Counted from the stretch's first letter, positions 36,990-50,999 are shown. The stretch is 64,000 nucleotides of DNA from Selaginella moellendorffii (GCF_000143415.4 NW_003314320.1:138787-202786); one strand, 5' to 3'. Program-made: numbers and translations. Notes: generated by a model not told the origin, from the sequence alone.

Positions 36990-39830
36990 ATGTTAACCAA
37001 ACACAATCATGATTTGTTGCATCAACCTCTATCAACATCCTAACCCAAGACTACCACATGTTGGACAACTCACATAGATTTGTTGATCTTGAGCAATCCT
37101 CGCTACAATGCATTCGTTAAACACCTACCATTGCATTGTCAACCTCTGCTCCATTCATTGTAAGGCTGTTGAACCAAGAACCTTTTTTTTTATTTCACTC
37201 CATTCACTTTTACACATATGTTATGTCTAGAAAACAATTGTCCACCCTCTTGTCAACTTCTGCACCAAAAGGCACACCAACTTCCAACCAAATATTCCTT
37301 TAATTCCCCCACTATAGCCAAAAGAAGAAGGAAAAACTCCTAACTTTGACTAAGTCTTATTCTTGAGCTAGCTCTAGCCTTTGACATCACCCCAGTGATA
37401 ATTATACTCCATCTTTAGAGCACTCCTTTCCAAATGGAACATGATAGCACCATAATTGAGCTCCATTCACAAGTGTGGGCAAAAGATTACTAGCAAATCC
37501 TCCAATTTGACTGAGCCATTGATATTCACAGCCTTCATGCAATATGGTCTAATCCAGTGGATTTTAAGCTTGCTTAGATGCCTCTAATACTTGCTCTTGT
37601 ACAGCAACACGAGATCTCCTACCTAAAAACTTTTAGCCCATAAATGATGATCATACCACTTCTTGCATTGACGTTGGACAGCTTTATGAGCTTGGAAAGC
37701 AAGGAGATGAATCTCATCCAACTTCTCCAACTGCTCTAGCTGCTACTAAATAACTTTGTCCCAATCATAATTGCAAGCTACTACTATCCACAAAGAAGGA
37801 ATTTTTAGCTCGAGAGGAAGGATTGCTTCTTAGCCATAAATCAATTGGAATGGTGAGAACCATGTAGTTACCTTGTAGGCAACTTTGTAAGTCCATAGTG
37901 CATCAAGAAGCCTGGTATCCTAGTCATTGGCACTTGCATTGCAAGGCTTGGTCACGGTGTCACATAGTGTTTTATTGGTTTAGGCTTATTGATTTCCTAG
38001 CTTGTAAAAACAATTTTCCGAGTGATGATTAGTTCACCAACAATACTGACACTCCTCTTGATTCACCACTGGTTGTGGACTCATTTGGGTATTGTCTATA
38101 ATTGTTACATCACACACACTAGATGTTTTTTAGTTGCCACATGGGTTGTGGCCTACTTTGTGCCCTCAATTGCAAGTCACTCATCTTTTTTGTCATGGCT
38201 TCCACCATGTCTTCCTTTATTTTCTTCATCTCTATTTGGATGTCCACTATAGTTGGCATTGAATTTGGAATTGCACTTGTTGAAGCTTGTCATTATTGTT
38301 GTTGTTAGCGACTATAGTCCATCATCCCAAGGCTTATTCCAAATACTCCAAAAGGCTGTTGTTCAATAGGCATTAGTTGCTACAACATACTTCCAAGTCC
38401 TCCCATCATGGGATTCATCATTACATCACCAAAAGTTCCCAATCTAGGATTACTATGATGGTGTTTTATCTTGAGTTGCTCTTGCTCTCATGTTCCCGTA
38501 AAATGAATTGCATCAACCAAAGTTTACGGATTATGGTATGAGACATGAAAGCTAATCATATGAGGCAAGCCATTTATGTAGTATGATACTTGCTCCTCTT
38601 TTGTTGGTTGTGGCTACTTCTTGAGGATCAATCCCTTGAACATGAATGTATAGCTTTGTAAACTCTTGCCTGGCAATAGTTGGAAATAACTTAGATCACT
38701 CATGAGCTACTGTGAAAAGCCTACCAACCTGAAGGTAGCTAAAATGAATGCCTGTAACAATGCCCAATCTATCGTTGTTGGAACTTAAGCCATCCATTCT
38801 ATAGCTACACCTTGTTTCCAAAGATCTACTACATTTGCCTCGTTATTTGCTATACATGTATTCTCAAATGCTCTCGCATGTGCATCTAGATCTCCCATAC
38901 CATTGAAGATGGTATACTTCATCATTATCATTGTCATATTCTTTGTTTGTTGCTGCCAAGGTTGTTGTACTTGTTGGATTGATGGCTAATGCCACTACTC
39001 TACTAGTTGTTGTTGTGGTGGTGACAACTATAACTCTTGCCACTTGTTTTCTTATTCTTGATCATTCTTCTACTTGTTGACAGAAATGTTTGGCTGAGGA
39101 TTTGCACTCCTTGCTTTTGGACTCTCGGGATCATAAATTAGTGGTAGATTTCCCACAAGAATTCTTGCCTCTCTCTCACATCATTGCTTTGCTCATCTTT
39201 CCTCTCACTTTTGCACTTCTACAAGTCTCACCAAGTACTCTTGACTTCTTTGGCTCATACACCAAGAAGGAACAGCCTTGATCTAGTGAAGGCAACCTGA
39301 CTTCTCTTGGTGCTCACCATTCCACCACAATCTCTATACTCGTTTTGTTTCTTGGGTAGTGCACCAAAAGATGTTGCTCCTTGCAATGACACACTAGCAA
39401 AGTGGAGAATAACTGCTGCCTAGCCTCATCACTAGCTTTATTAGTGACCTCTACTAGAATCTCTGCTAACAAGGTTGCCTATAAGTTAGACAACTCACAT
39501 AGATTTATTGATCTTGAGTAATCCTTGCTATGATGTGCTCCTCAAACACCTGTAATTGCTATTGCACCACCAACTTCCGCTCCATGAGCTCCAAAACTAT
39601 TGGACGAGGCATCCTTTTAAAAACCTTTTCTTTTATTCCACTCCTTTCATTTTTACACACATCCTATGCTTAGAAAATAGCTATCCTCCCTCTCATCAAC
39701 CTCTAGCACCAAGGGATGCACCCCATTCTAGCCAAATATTTCTTTAATTCCCCCACTATAACCAAAAGAAGAAGGAAAAACTCTTGACATTGACTAAGTC
39801 TTATTCTTGAGTTAGCTCTAGCCCTTGATA
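36990..39830 (-). mobile_element. Nested non-autonomous gypsy element (LTR-gag-integrase-LTR; PR/RT/RNase H deleted)
   Basis: Diverged LTRs ~36990-37386 and ~39372-39830 (shared GACAACTCACATAGATTT.TTGATCTTGAG...TCTTATTCTTGAG.TAGCTCTAGCC.TTGA.A). PBS-like TGGTGCACTAC follows the 5' LTR; gag MKYTIFNGMGDLDAHARAFENTCIAN; integrase DALWTYKVAYKVTTWFSPFQLIYG. Confidence 0.82.
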
Positions 39831-40429
39831 GTCACACTTCCTTACAAAAAGTAAAATCCTCAAAAAAAATCCAATCTATACCAAAGATTAAGTAAAAAAT
39901 TTGACTTAACACCACTTGCATGATTGAAGTTCAAGCTCGAGATCTCTAAAATGCATAACTAGGTATACCTCATCCCATAAACATATATGTATATAACTAT
40001 TGCTATAAAGAATGAAGACTAGCTCTATTGTACAACACAATTGTAAATGATAACATGTGGCAATAGACCGAGTAATAAAAGATAAACTCAATTCTATATC
40101 AACCAATATAGAGATAATAATAAAAGACCTTTTGTTATAAAAATAAGCTTGAAAAGTGAATAAGATAAACTAGTGTCAAGTGAACCTCTTGATAGTACTC
40201 TGAAATGGTTACCAACTTATTCACGCAAGAACCCTCTATAACTCGTATAACTCTTTATTTCTTAAAAGAATCTTTATGTCAAAACCTTTCATTGCAACAA
40301 CACCAACAACACGTTGTTGATGCTAAAGCCTCTATCCAAGAAATAAAGGATTTCAATTTGGAAAATACCAACAATACCGATATGTGTGACTAACCTCATC
40401 ATATACCTAACAATAGACATCATGGCCAC

Positions 40430-40930
40430 AACTATATCCTCTCCTTTATCCTTAAACACAAGTAATAGTAACATCAACCCCCTCTAGAACATGGCCATTT
40501 CCATATTAAGTAGAGATGGATGTGTAACAAGAAGTGGAAGAGATAATATTTTATAATGTTGTGTTAGTCAAAGAATATTGTCAATGTGGTTGGAGCAAAT
40601 GTATGCTCAAGTCTTGCAAAATTTTAATAAAGTGCTAACCATAACATTCCCAACTTAATATGTTTTGACATATTTAACTCCACACGAAGCAAAAGGCTTT
40701 AGAAATGGATGTTAAATTATATCACTAATTTAGATGGCTTTTGTCGAGGATGATACAATTGTTGGAAAATATCATTATAATTGTCAACATGTTCAAATGC
40801 TCACTTAAAGATATCTAAGAGAATAGTTCAATTCACATGAGTGGCTACATTAAAACTATTATACTATTACAATGCTGTACCTTGGAGATATGTGGGAAAC
40901 TCATGCAAACATCAAATATCATCCCAAAAA
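40430..40930 (+). mobile_element. Possible SWIM zinc-finger (Mutator-like) transposase remnant
   Basis: W..VGNSCKHQI at about 40885-40920 resembles the end of a SWIM finger; the rest is heavily decayed. Confidence 0.35.
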
Positions 40931-43506
40931 TGATAGGTAACAATCACTATAAAGTGATTGAATTAATGGTGCATATCATCCCCAAGATTCCCACAAAAGA
41001 ATTGTAACTGGATATGAGAATTAGTAGTAAGAGCAAGAGAGATTATACACATATTGTAAATGTTACAATCAATTGAGTTTAATTATTAAATTACAATGTA
41101 TAACATTAAGCAATTGCACCAATTGTTGTTCTAGAGTCAAAACTACTTTGCCATGTAAAAAATAAAAAAGAAATAAAAAAGAAGAAATTGAAAAAACTAC
41201 AAGAAAAGTAAGATTTAGACAATACAAAAACTAGATCTAAATTAAAATCCAGAATCCAAACACTCTTCATGGACCAAAATTGCCTCTCATCTTCACCAAT
41301 GTGAGTGCATAGAACATAGAAATGAAATATAGAAATGTGTATATAAATTAGCTTAAAAACCTTAACTTATATACAAGAATGAGTGGTCCAGATCAAAATT
41401 AATTCGATGGCTATCAAAATCCAACTATGCTAATATTAATATATGGCATCGTAGCTGTACATTTAAACCTCACATAGAGTAAAGAATATATTAAAATTTT
41501 ATGAAATGAAGATTGATTATCTATGGATTTTTTTCACATTATTTTGTGATTCATAAAGGTTTATTTTTTGCATTTCAACCCTGGTCATTATTTGTGTTAA
41601 TGCTACAAAACTTTTCTTAAATATTTTTTTCTCTACTGTAATTTATAAATTATTGTTTTTCTAATTTTATACAAGAGGACAAGATAATTTTTATGAGATA
41701 AAAGTTTCTAGTATTTACAAGTGTTATTTATTTCATATGAAAAATTTATTTGAAGTTTATCAAGAAAATATGAAAATTTTTCTTTGTTATATCATGTCTA
41801 ATTTAAAACTAACCAAAAAATTAGCATTATTGTCCTTATCACATTGCAATTGATCTAACTAACTTATCAGCATTTAAGCTCCAGAAATTACTATATATAA
41901 CTCTTATTAATTTATGTAAAATTAGTAGAATAATTTGCTGATGAGGGTGGAAACTGGAGTGTGGGGCTGTGAAAGAAATACAAATATTTTATTCAGTTAG
42001 TTTAGAAAACAGTTGGCCCTCACCTGTTAAATTAGTTAAACTGTCTATGGCCATTTGATTGAAAAATGTGCACGCCTATTAATTACAAGAATGGTCTCAC
42101 TAAACTTGCACCCATTCGGCAATAATAGGATGGCACAAGTCCTTAACCTCTTTTTTACGAGTTAGAAAGCTTAAGTTATATTGATCACATGAAGAGTTTC
42201 CCAATGCTATGAAAAATTGCCAGCTTAGTAATTAAATCGAATTAATGCAAAGGAAAAGCATATTACTTTCAGCTGGTTCCTTGAGCAATTATTTTGTGTA
42301 CCAGCGTTTGGCTACCTTTTTCATAGCTCATGAAAACTAGGTTAATTCTTTGTCACTTTTCTAGAATGAGTGATCTCACGAAAAGAAGGAAGAACAACGA
42401 GAAATAACGTTGGGAGGATCTCAACTTATGCCACGAATCTGATCGAGGTAAAAGCTTCAGTTTTTTTTGGTTTTAGCTTAACTATTTGGTTGCCATCCAA
42501 GATGCCAGGCGAATTTCTAAAGGCTTTATGTGCAGTCCAACCACCTTCTGCTTGATGGAGAAAGATTATGAAAGAACGAAGATCAAATAACTACAAACAA
42601 TAGCCCAAGAAAAATCAATTGCACGCTCTAAAGAAGTAGAGCACGGTACCTTAATCTTACTCTTGAGCTATGTTCCTAGGGCAGGAGTGAGATGAACTCC
42701 CAGCTGATGTTGTTCGGGGCCACCAGCTGTTTTTCAGAGAGAAGTAGACACAGTGGCCCCTAAAATCGATTCGTTGCCACATATCAAATGCGAGATTAGA
42801 ATCCAGACAAGTAGGAGAGATAGAAGAGAAACCAAAACCCGTGCTCAAGAGAAAGATAAGAGGGAAAAGTAAAAACGGTCGCTTGAGAGAGTCCGGCCGC
42901 GATTTTCCTGCAAAGAAGAGAAAAAGAAAAACAAGGACTTGTTACAAGGCTCACGCCTTGTACAGCTTCATTCCCACCTCCATTCTCGCGAGCTGCGACC
43001 TTCTTCTCCTGTGCAACCTTTGATCATGCTCTCGCCGATGCGACCAAGGCCACTCCAAACCCGAAACCCAGAGCATCAGCAATGCGTTCCTGCCTCCACC
43101 CAGAGCACTGCGAGATCCAAAGAACTTCCCAGTGCCGCAGCCATACTTCCACGGCACCATTTTCAAGCGACCTATTTTTTGATTTTGAAAAAGAAAAAAA
43201 AAAAAAAATTGCAAAACTTAGTGGGTCGGAGTATGACTTATACTTCGAGACACACAGACGGGTCATCAGACGCATACTCTACAACCCAATAAGTAACTGT
43301 TATCATAATTCAGGGCTTTTTAAAGAGAAGAATCACAACTGCGTTTGGGCATGTGGGATGTTTGTACTTTGCCCTAGACCTTGCGTTTAGGGCAGACTAC
43401 GGCAAGTTATAATGATGATTAAAGTTATGGGAAATCATTTGGACTGTTCCGCAAAGATTTAAGGGTTAGGGTTCTTGCAAGCAGATAGAATAGACATTTA
43501 GATAGA

Positions 43507-44287
43507 TCAAAGTTTTACTTCGACGTCAACGCCAGCCGGGATGTCCAGTTGCATGAGCGCATCGATTGTTCGTGGGTTTGGATTCTTGATATCGATCAGT
43601 CTCTTGTGGGTTTTGATCTGGAAGTGTTCTCGCGAATCCTTGTCGACGTGAGGCGATCGAAGCACGCAAAAGATCTTTCGCTCCGTGGGGAGTGGCACCG
43701 GACCCATGACCCCAGCTCCGGTGTTCTTGACGGCCTCCACGATCATCTTGGCAGCCTCCTCGATGTATTCCCCAAAGTAGGCCCGGAGCTTCACTCTAAT
43801 CTTTTGCTGTGGCAGTGCCTGAAAAGACAAAAGAGAGATCAATCGTGAGCTTTGTCAGAGAGATTGGGGTCCGATCATTCTCTATCGGATGACCATCGTG
43901 AGAAGAAAACCAAGACATCTCATCACCCAAGCTCAACTCTGGAAAGAAATTTCACCGATTTCACTCACCAGTGTTGCAGGCGCGGCTGCTTCTTCCGCGA
44001 CTGGCGTTGCGATTGAAGGCTCTGCGTCAATGCTGCTCTCCTCAACTGGCTCTTCTACGGCCGATGTCGCGCGCGCTGGAAATCTCGATCGAGAAAGCTT
44101 CGTTGTGATCTAAAATCCAATTCCAAGAACCTTGAGAGCCCGCGTTCTCTCGCGAGAGATAGAGATTTACCTGCATTTGAGGTAACAGCCGCGGGCGCAT
44201 CGATGCCGCCAGACACCGTGACGAGAGAGCGCCATTATCGACGCACATTCTCATCGGCAGCGTAGAACAAGACGCTGCCATAGCCAT
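43507..44287 (-). CDS. RPS10: Chloroplast 30S ribosomal protein S10, 3 exons
   Basis: Transit peptide [11 protein letters not shown]...; [11 protein letters not shown]...[39 protein letters not shown]...[13 protein letters not shown]. Confidence 0.97.
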
Positions 44288-44372
44288 CGTCTTGTATAAA
44301 CCCTAAAATCTCTCTCATATCCGCAAAGAGTATATTCCCCTTTCGGGGTTTTAGGGTATTCACAGAGCAGTG
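44288..44372. promoter_or_regulatory. 85-bp bidirectional promoter region between RPS10 and gamma-COP with opposed telo-box-like motifs
   Basis: Divergent ATGs at 44287(-) and 44373(+); AAACCCTAA at ~44298 (+) and TTTAGGGT at ~44350. Confidence 0.6.
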
Positions 44373-47300
44373 ATGGCGCTTGCTCAGTCCGGCGCCAAGA
44401 AGGACGACGATCGGGAAGATGATGGTAAGATCTAGTGCCTGAGCTCGTAGATCTTGCGCTGCCGGTTGATTTAGGTCTTGTAGTCCTGCCAGATCTGTGG
44501 ATCTGAATTCTCGAGTGTGATTTTTTATTTGCAGCGGAGTACTCTCCTTTCTATGGAATCGAGAAGGCGTCGGTTCTCCAGGAAGCTCGTGTCTTCAATG
44601 ATCCTCAGCTCGACACGAGGAGATGTGCGCAGGTGACTCTCCATCGTCTATTTTTCCAATGTTGCTTAAGAAGTTCTCTTTGAAGGTCATCACAAAGCTT
44701 CTCTACTTGCTCAATCAAGGGGAAACGTTCACAAAGGTGATCTATCCAGTGGTTTTCTTCTGTTCCTTTAATCCTTTGCTTGTTCTTACAGACGGAAGCG
44801 ACCGAGGTTTTCTTCGCGGTCACTAAGCTCTTCCAGTCGAAAGACGTTCCTTTGAGGCGAATGGTTTATTTGATGATCAAGGAAGTCACTCCATCGTCCG
44901 ACGAGGTAAGCTCGTGGAAACGCCTTTGGAAAGGTTTTTTAAGACATAGCTTTGCTGACAGGTTATCATAGTCACAAGCTCGCTGATGAAGGACATGAGC
45001 TCTAAGACGGATCTCTACCGAGCAAATGCAATAAGGGTGCTTTGTAGGATTACAGATGGTGCTCTCCTGGGTCAGATCGAGAGATACCTCAAGCAGGCCG
45101 TGGTTGATAAGAATCCGGTTGTTGCTAGTGCTGCTATTGTCAGTGGCATTCATCTTCTACAGGTGTGGCTGCATTCTTCCCAGGTTCATTTGGATTTAAG
45201 TTTTCTTTCAGACGAATCCGGAGATCGTAAGAAGATGGAGCAACGAAGTGCAAGAGGCCGTTCAGTCCAAGAACCCTCTAGTCCAGTTCCATGCTTTGGC
45301 ACTTCTGCGCCAGGTAATTACTATATTTGTTTCTGGTAATGGAAATTCTGGATCTTTATGCAGATTAAACAAAACGATCGTCTTGCTGTTAGTAAACTCG
45401 TGACTAGCCTGATTCGTGGGACGGTTCGCTCTCCTCTCGCACAATGCCTTCTTGTGCGCTACACGAGCCAGGTATTTAAATCAAAATTATAGCCGTCGGT
45501 TGTATACTGAATTAGTGATGGTCTGTAGGTGATCAAGGATTCGGCTGGAAATGCTCCCGGTGGAGATCGACCCTACTATGAATACTTGGAGACCTGTTTG
45601 CGTCATAAATCAGAAATGACACAATATGAAGCTGCGAGAATCATAACCAATTCGAGTACAGTCACCGGTCGGGAGTTGATGCCAGCCATCACGATGCTGC
45701 AAATGCTGTTAACGTCGTCGAAGCCTGTCCATCGCTTTGCTGCCGCAAGAACATTGAACAAAGTAAGTGGCATCAACAAGTCGAATTTTTGTTTGATGAT
45801 CCTTTGGTTCTTTTTTCCAAACAGGTGGCCATGAGCCATCCCCTTGCAGTCACCAACTGCAATATCGACATGGAAAGCTTGATCAATGATCAAAACCGCA
45901 GCATCGCAACACTGGCCATTACGACGCTGTTGAAAACGGGAAATGAAGGTGGCGTTGATCGTTTGATGAAGCAAATTACGAGCTTTATGTCCGACATCGC
46001 GGACGAGTTCAAAATCGTTGTTGTGGAAGCAATTCGGTCGCTTTGCCTAAAGTTTCCACAAAAATATCGGTCTTTGTAAGTGTCCTTTCCCTTTCGCTCA
46101 TTTGCTGATACCGTAACTTTCCAGGATGAACTTCCTTAGCGGCATTCTTAGAGAAGAGGGAGGATTCGACTATAAAAAGGCAATCGTTGACTCGATCCTA
46201 ATTCTGATCAACGAAATTCCAGACGCCAAAGAAAGCGGGCTCGTGCATCTTTGTGAGTTTATTGAAGACTGCGAGTTTACGTACCTTTCTACACAGGTTG
46301 TGCCCATTGCTATCTTGAAACAGGATGTCTTTTATCAAGATTGTTTTTCAGATATTGCATCTTCTTGGGGAAGAGGGACCAAAGACCTCCGATGCTAGCA
46401 AGTACATTCGCTACATCTACAATCGTGTAATATTGGAAAATGCTACTGTTCGAGCAAGCGCCGTCAGCTCGTTAGCGAAATTTGGACTTGCGGTTGACTC
46501 TCTTCGGGTAAGTGGTTGTGCAAAGTTTCTTTAGATGCTTACGCGTGTTCGCTGCAGCCGCGAATCGTCATATTGCTCAGGCGCTGCGTATATGATAACG
46601 ATGATGAGGTAACAATTCAACATTGTTTGGTTCAAAATAAACAAGGGTTGAGATTCAGGTGCGTGACCGTGCAACTATGTACTTGACTGCACTTGAAGGG
46701 GACCAAGCCGAAAGAGAAGAAGCGAAGCATTCTCTTTTTGATCCACTAAAGATACCTCTAGCCAACTTGGAAGCGAGTCTGCAGTCTTATGTAAGCAACA
46801 CAGTGTCCAGTTTGTACCATCAATAACATTTTTACGCAGGATCCAAGCGAATCGCCATTCGACATACACTCAGTGTCAGTGGATGTTAAAGCACAGCCAG
46901 TCGTGGACAATAAGATGAAGAAAACTGGAAGAGACTCTGCTCCTTCCGTTCCTGAAACCAACAGCGCGGTTGTTGCTCCAACAGTTTCTCATGAAAAAAG
47001 ATTGAGCTCCATCCCGGGATTTTCTGGTTTTGGAAAACTTCTCACGGTAATTTTTCTTTCTGGACTTTGTTATTGTATATGGTCATTAATTATATACGTT
47101 GTTCTTGCAGTCGTCGCAACCTACTGAGCTAACTGAGCCGGAGACTGAGTATTCTGTGAATGCTGTAAAACACATATACGCCGAGCATGTTGTGTTTGAA
47201 TTCAATTGCACGAACACAGTAGCGGAACAAGTTCTAGAAAAGGTGAGAAACTGCGACAATCAATTAACAAGTTTTTGACGCGCTATTACTGCAGGTTACT

Positions 47301-48014
47301 GTGGTGGTCGACGGCTCAGAAGCAGAAGATTTCCAGGAGCTTCTTTCTCGCTCAATCCCATCTCTACCATATGGATCGCCCGGCCAAGCCTACGTGGTTT
47401 TCCAAAAGCCAGAAGGCGTCTCCACTGGGAAATTTGCAAACACCATGAAGTTCGTCTTGAAAGAGGTAACACTTAACACCTTGTCCCAGTACGAGCGTAA
47501 CTCCTGTGACTTTCTTTTCAGGTGGATCCAACGACAAACCAGCCAGAGGATGAAGGCTACGACGATGAGTACCAGCTCGAGGATCTCCAGGTAAACCGAG
47601 CTTGTGCGTTTGGCGACTCGGTGGAAAACTCTTTCTTTTTTTCTTTCAACACAGGTGACAGCCGCGGACTACTTCGTGAAGACGAGCGTGGTGAGCTTCA
47701 AAAGCACCTGGGAGAGCCTCCAGAGCGAGTTCGAGGCCGAGTATGGGCTGGGTCCGCGCGAGAGCGTCCAAGAGGCAGTCCAGGCGGTGATTGGCATCCT
47801 CGGAATGCAGCCGTGCGAGGGGAGCGAGGTGGTGGCCGCCAACGCGAGATCTCACGTCTGCTTCCTGGCCGCAAAGTTTCTGGGAGAGATCCAGGTGTTG
47901 GTGAAGCTCGCATTTGGAATGGACGCGAAGAAGGCCGTAATGATGAAACTCACGGCGCGCTCCGACGACGAGGGAGTGTGCTCCATCGTTCACGACATTA
48001 TCGGCAATGCTTGA
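44373..48014 (+). CDS. SEC21: Coatomer subunit gamma (gamma-COP), multi-exon
   Basis: KKDDDREDD|[27 protein letters not shown]; [17 protein letters not shown]; [20 protein letters not shown]; [11 protein letters not shown]; [10 protein letters not shown]; [10 protein letters not shown]; [11 protein letters not shown]. Confidence 0.97.
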
Positions 48015-48469
48015 TTTTTTGGTTGATTAATCCATATCCAGAATATTCTTATTCTAGGGTCTTAGAACCCTAAACCTCCAATCATCATATGAGAGATGAG
48101 TGGCTACAAATGGGAATTCTGGCTTGTAAATGTACTAAATCATGAGGATCTAGACAAGTATAGACAATGGACTACATCGATAATAAGGGGTTGAGTAGCT
48201 ATGACATTTAGCTTTGCAAAGATTTGGTTTGCTAATGACTGTTTTCTTTGGATTATTCTGGGTAACATGTCACACAACACTTCAAAAGTGTTGGAGAGAT
48301 AATGAGGAACAAAATAGAAGGCTAAGAGACAAACTACCATTATAATGACAAAATTGAGAGGTTATCTAGAGGTTTATTTCACCTTTGTACTTACATGGAA
48401 AATCTTTTATTTATATTATATTACTATAATTAAGAAATTCTACTTTACTCTTCTGGAAGATGAAAAGCG

Positions 48470-48575
48470 ATGTGATAGAGCTCTCTTATTGAGTGACTAT
48501 AAACTGCTCTAAAAAATTGAAGTTCCTATAGAATTAATAGCATAGTTGCTAACAATTATGATAGAAATAAAACCC
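48470..48575. repeat. Inverted copy of the 34315-34420 repeat in AT-rich TE-derived spacer
   Basis: TGTGATAGAGCTCTCTTATTGAGTGACTATAAACTGCTC... is the reverse complement of 34315-34420. Confidence 0.9.
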
Positions 48576-50999
48576 AAAGTCATGATATAACAATTAATTA
48601 ATTACAAAATATTGATAAACTAATTAAAACTTTGCATATAATTACCAAATGCTCAAACCAACTTTAAATTTATTATTTTGAGATTTTAAAAGTCCACAAA
48701 ATGACTTTGCAACAAATAATATATTTTATCTCTAAATTTTCTTATTAGCTACAACTATTAATTTAGATTTACAACCATCAATAAAACTTACTTTTGCATT
48801 TTCTCTTCAGTCAACTTCTGAAATTTATGTTATCTAACACATATAATATTTGTCCACACATGAAAGGTTAAACTCACTTTATTTATTTTCCACATTTTCC
48901 TTGTCCTCTTCTCAAAGTTTTTTTTTTTTAAAGCATTAGCTTAGTTCAAACTTATTGCATTTATCCTCACTTTGCCATATATATTCCATTATCATATTTT
49001 TTGGTTTTATTATATTAGGGCTAACATTGGGACCACATTTTATTTAAACTTATTTTCACTTATCTTTTGTTTACACTTATCATCACTCCATCATCAAAAC
49101 TAAACTTCTATTTATCTCCTTTACCCCCTCCAAAGAAGAAAAAAGTTTTGAAGTATTAGGGTAAAAAGGAGAAAGTAAGAAAAATTGAGAAAACAATATT
49201 ATAGAAGAAAAAACAGTGAATAAAAAAGCATTGGAAGAGGAATTTTCAGCAATTGTCAAATCAAAAATGGGAAACAAAAAAAAAAAATGTGTTCAAAGTT
49301 TAGCGAATAAATGATTTCCTATTATAAAACAATTCAACCATCACAAAATAAACAAGATATTTCACATGTTCAACCTTTTTAATATTAAACTCAACATTTA
49401 AGATAGGAAAATCAAAGAAAAACTCCACACTCAAAATACATCTTTAATAACAGCAATAAAACAAATTTTTTTAATGATAATTGCAATTGGGGGAATGCAC
49501 TTAATTTGAAATTCCAACAAAAGTGATTTAGCTTTTAGAATTAGGGAATACTCAATATTAAAATTGATCAAAGGTTTCATCAATTAAACAAAGGTAAGAT
49601 TTCCAACTTTATGAACATTTAGATTAGTATGACGATAGAAAACACTCAACTCAACATCATATTGAGAATAACAAGAGTCACAAATGATTAATATATCATA
49701 TTTATCATTAGCTTCCTCATCATTACAACCTACTTTGTCTTTAGGGCAATTCAACACCTTTACAAAGTTGTTTAGCAATAGCAATTGCAATGTCTTAGGA
49801 AAAGAAAATATTGTAAATGAAGAAAGAAAACATTAAGAACATAAGGTGGTTCAAATTGTAATGCACCTTATATCTCTCCCCTTAAGCCAATTAAAAAGGG
49901 GGCAATTACTTGATGAGAGAGCCCTTAGTAGCTATTTTATCCCCATTTATCCCCTAAGGTTCCAAGGATCCATAGTGACAGTATATCCAAATTTCATCCT
50001 ATGATCATATGTGTTACACTCAAGTGGAAAATAAAAAAAAGTTGGGGAATAAGAAAAAGGTAAATAAGGGTTGATATAACCTATGAAATTTTTAACTCAT
50101 TTTCTAAATTAACTTAAAAGTAATTGAGTTTCTCACCAATAAGAATCCACCCAACCTTACAAATATCATCTTCTAATAAGCTCGATCCTTGAATATTCCC
50201 TAAAAATTATATTACATCATCCATAACTCTCTAATCAATGTCATAATCACACTTTATATTAATAAGAAATGGCAAGACACTAAGAATAAGAGAAGCTATA
50301 TACACATAAACAACATTATTAGGTAATAACAATATAACATCATTTGCACCTTTGGATAACATACTTCTCAATTAAAGCATATGGTATGATGGATGAAGAA
50401 AATGAAATAAAAATTGTAAATGAAGAATATATTTAATAATTACTATCCTAGATTTGGATAAAAGATAACACAGATCAGAATAAGAATAAAAGCCAAACAT
50501 TGAGAAAAGCACTATAAAAAAGTTTTATTCACTTTCAATTGTGGATGTAGGAATAAATATATTAATTAAAGTACCTACTATATATAGGAATGGATGAATT
50601 CCAAACAAGAAACCTTGAAACAATTGCAAGGAATATGTTTTTATTAAATTAGTGTATAAGATCATCTAACGATTTATTTAACGATTCTAAAATGACTAAC
50701 CATTTAGGAATAATAAAGGTGTCCCTTTTGAAAAGGGAGGGTTTCTTTTCTATATTTTGTCTTGTGAGGGAAGAACAAAAAGGAAGAACAGCGCTTGGAT
50801 CTTTTCATCGCGTGGCGTCGCGCGCGCGAATCCGAGGTACGCTCCATTCCGGGATGGATCTGTGGATCCATTTCCGTGCGCGAATTAGGGCTTTACAATG
50901 GATTTTTCGAGCAGGACGCAGCAGCAAGGCGCTAGAAAGTTTTTTGTTGTTTCTCTCCGTGTTTTTCTTTTCGTGCTTGTGTCTTTGAAAGAAATATAG

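Larger units (their letters stand above)
34421..41474 (-). mobile_element. Old Ty3/gypsy LTR retrotransposon (outer element) with nested insertions
   Basis: Direct repeats ~34421-34554 and ~41340-41474 (GTGGTCCA.ATCAAAA...TGCTAATATTAATATATG); polypurine tract AAGAAGAGAGGATGA (minus) next to the left copy; decayed integrase (34.6-36.3 kb) and RNase H (HAYLHGSQILLKGD, 36.7-36.9 kb) on minus; degenerate PBS-like sequence near 40185-40200. Confidence 0.7.

Noticed and set aside
48600-50700. AT-rich spacer with a faint hAT-like peptide remnant near 49.5 kb
   Set aside because: Too degenerate to support a call; no termini identified.
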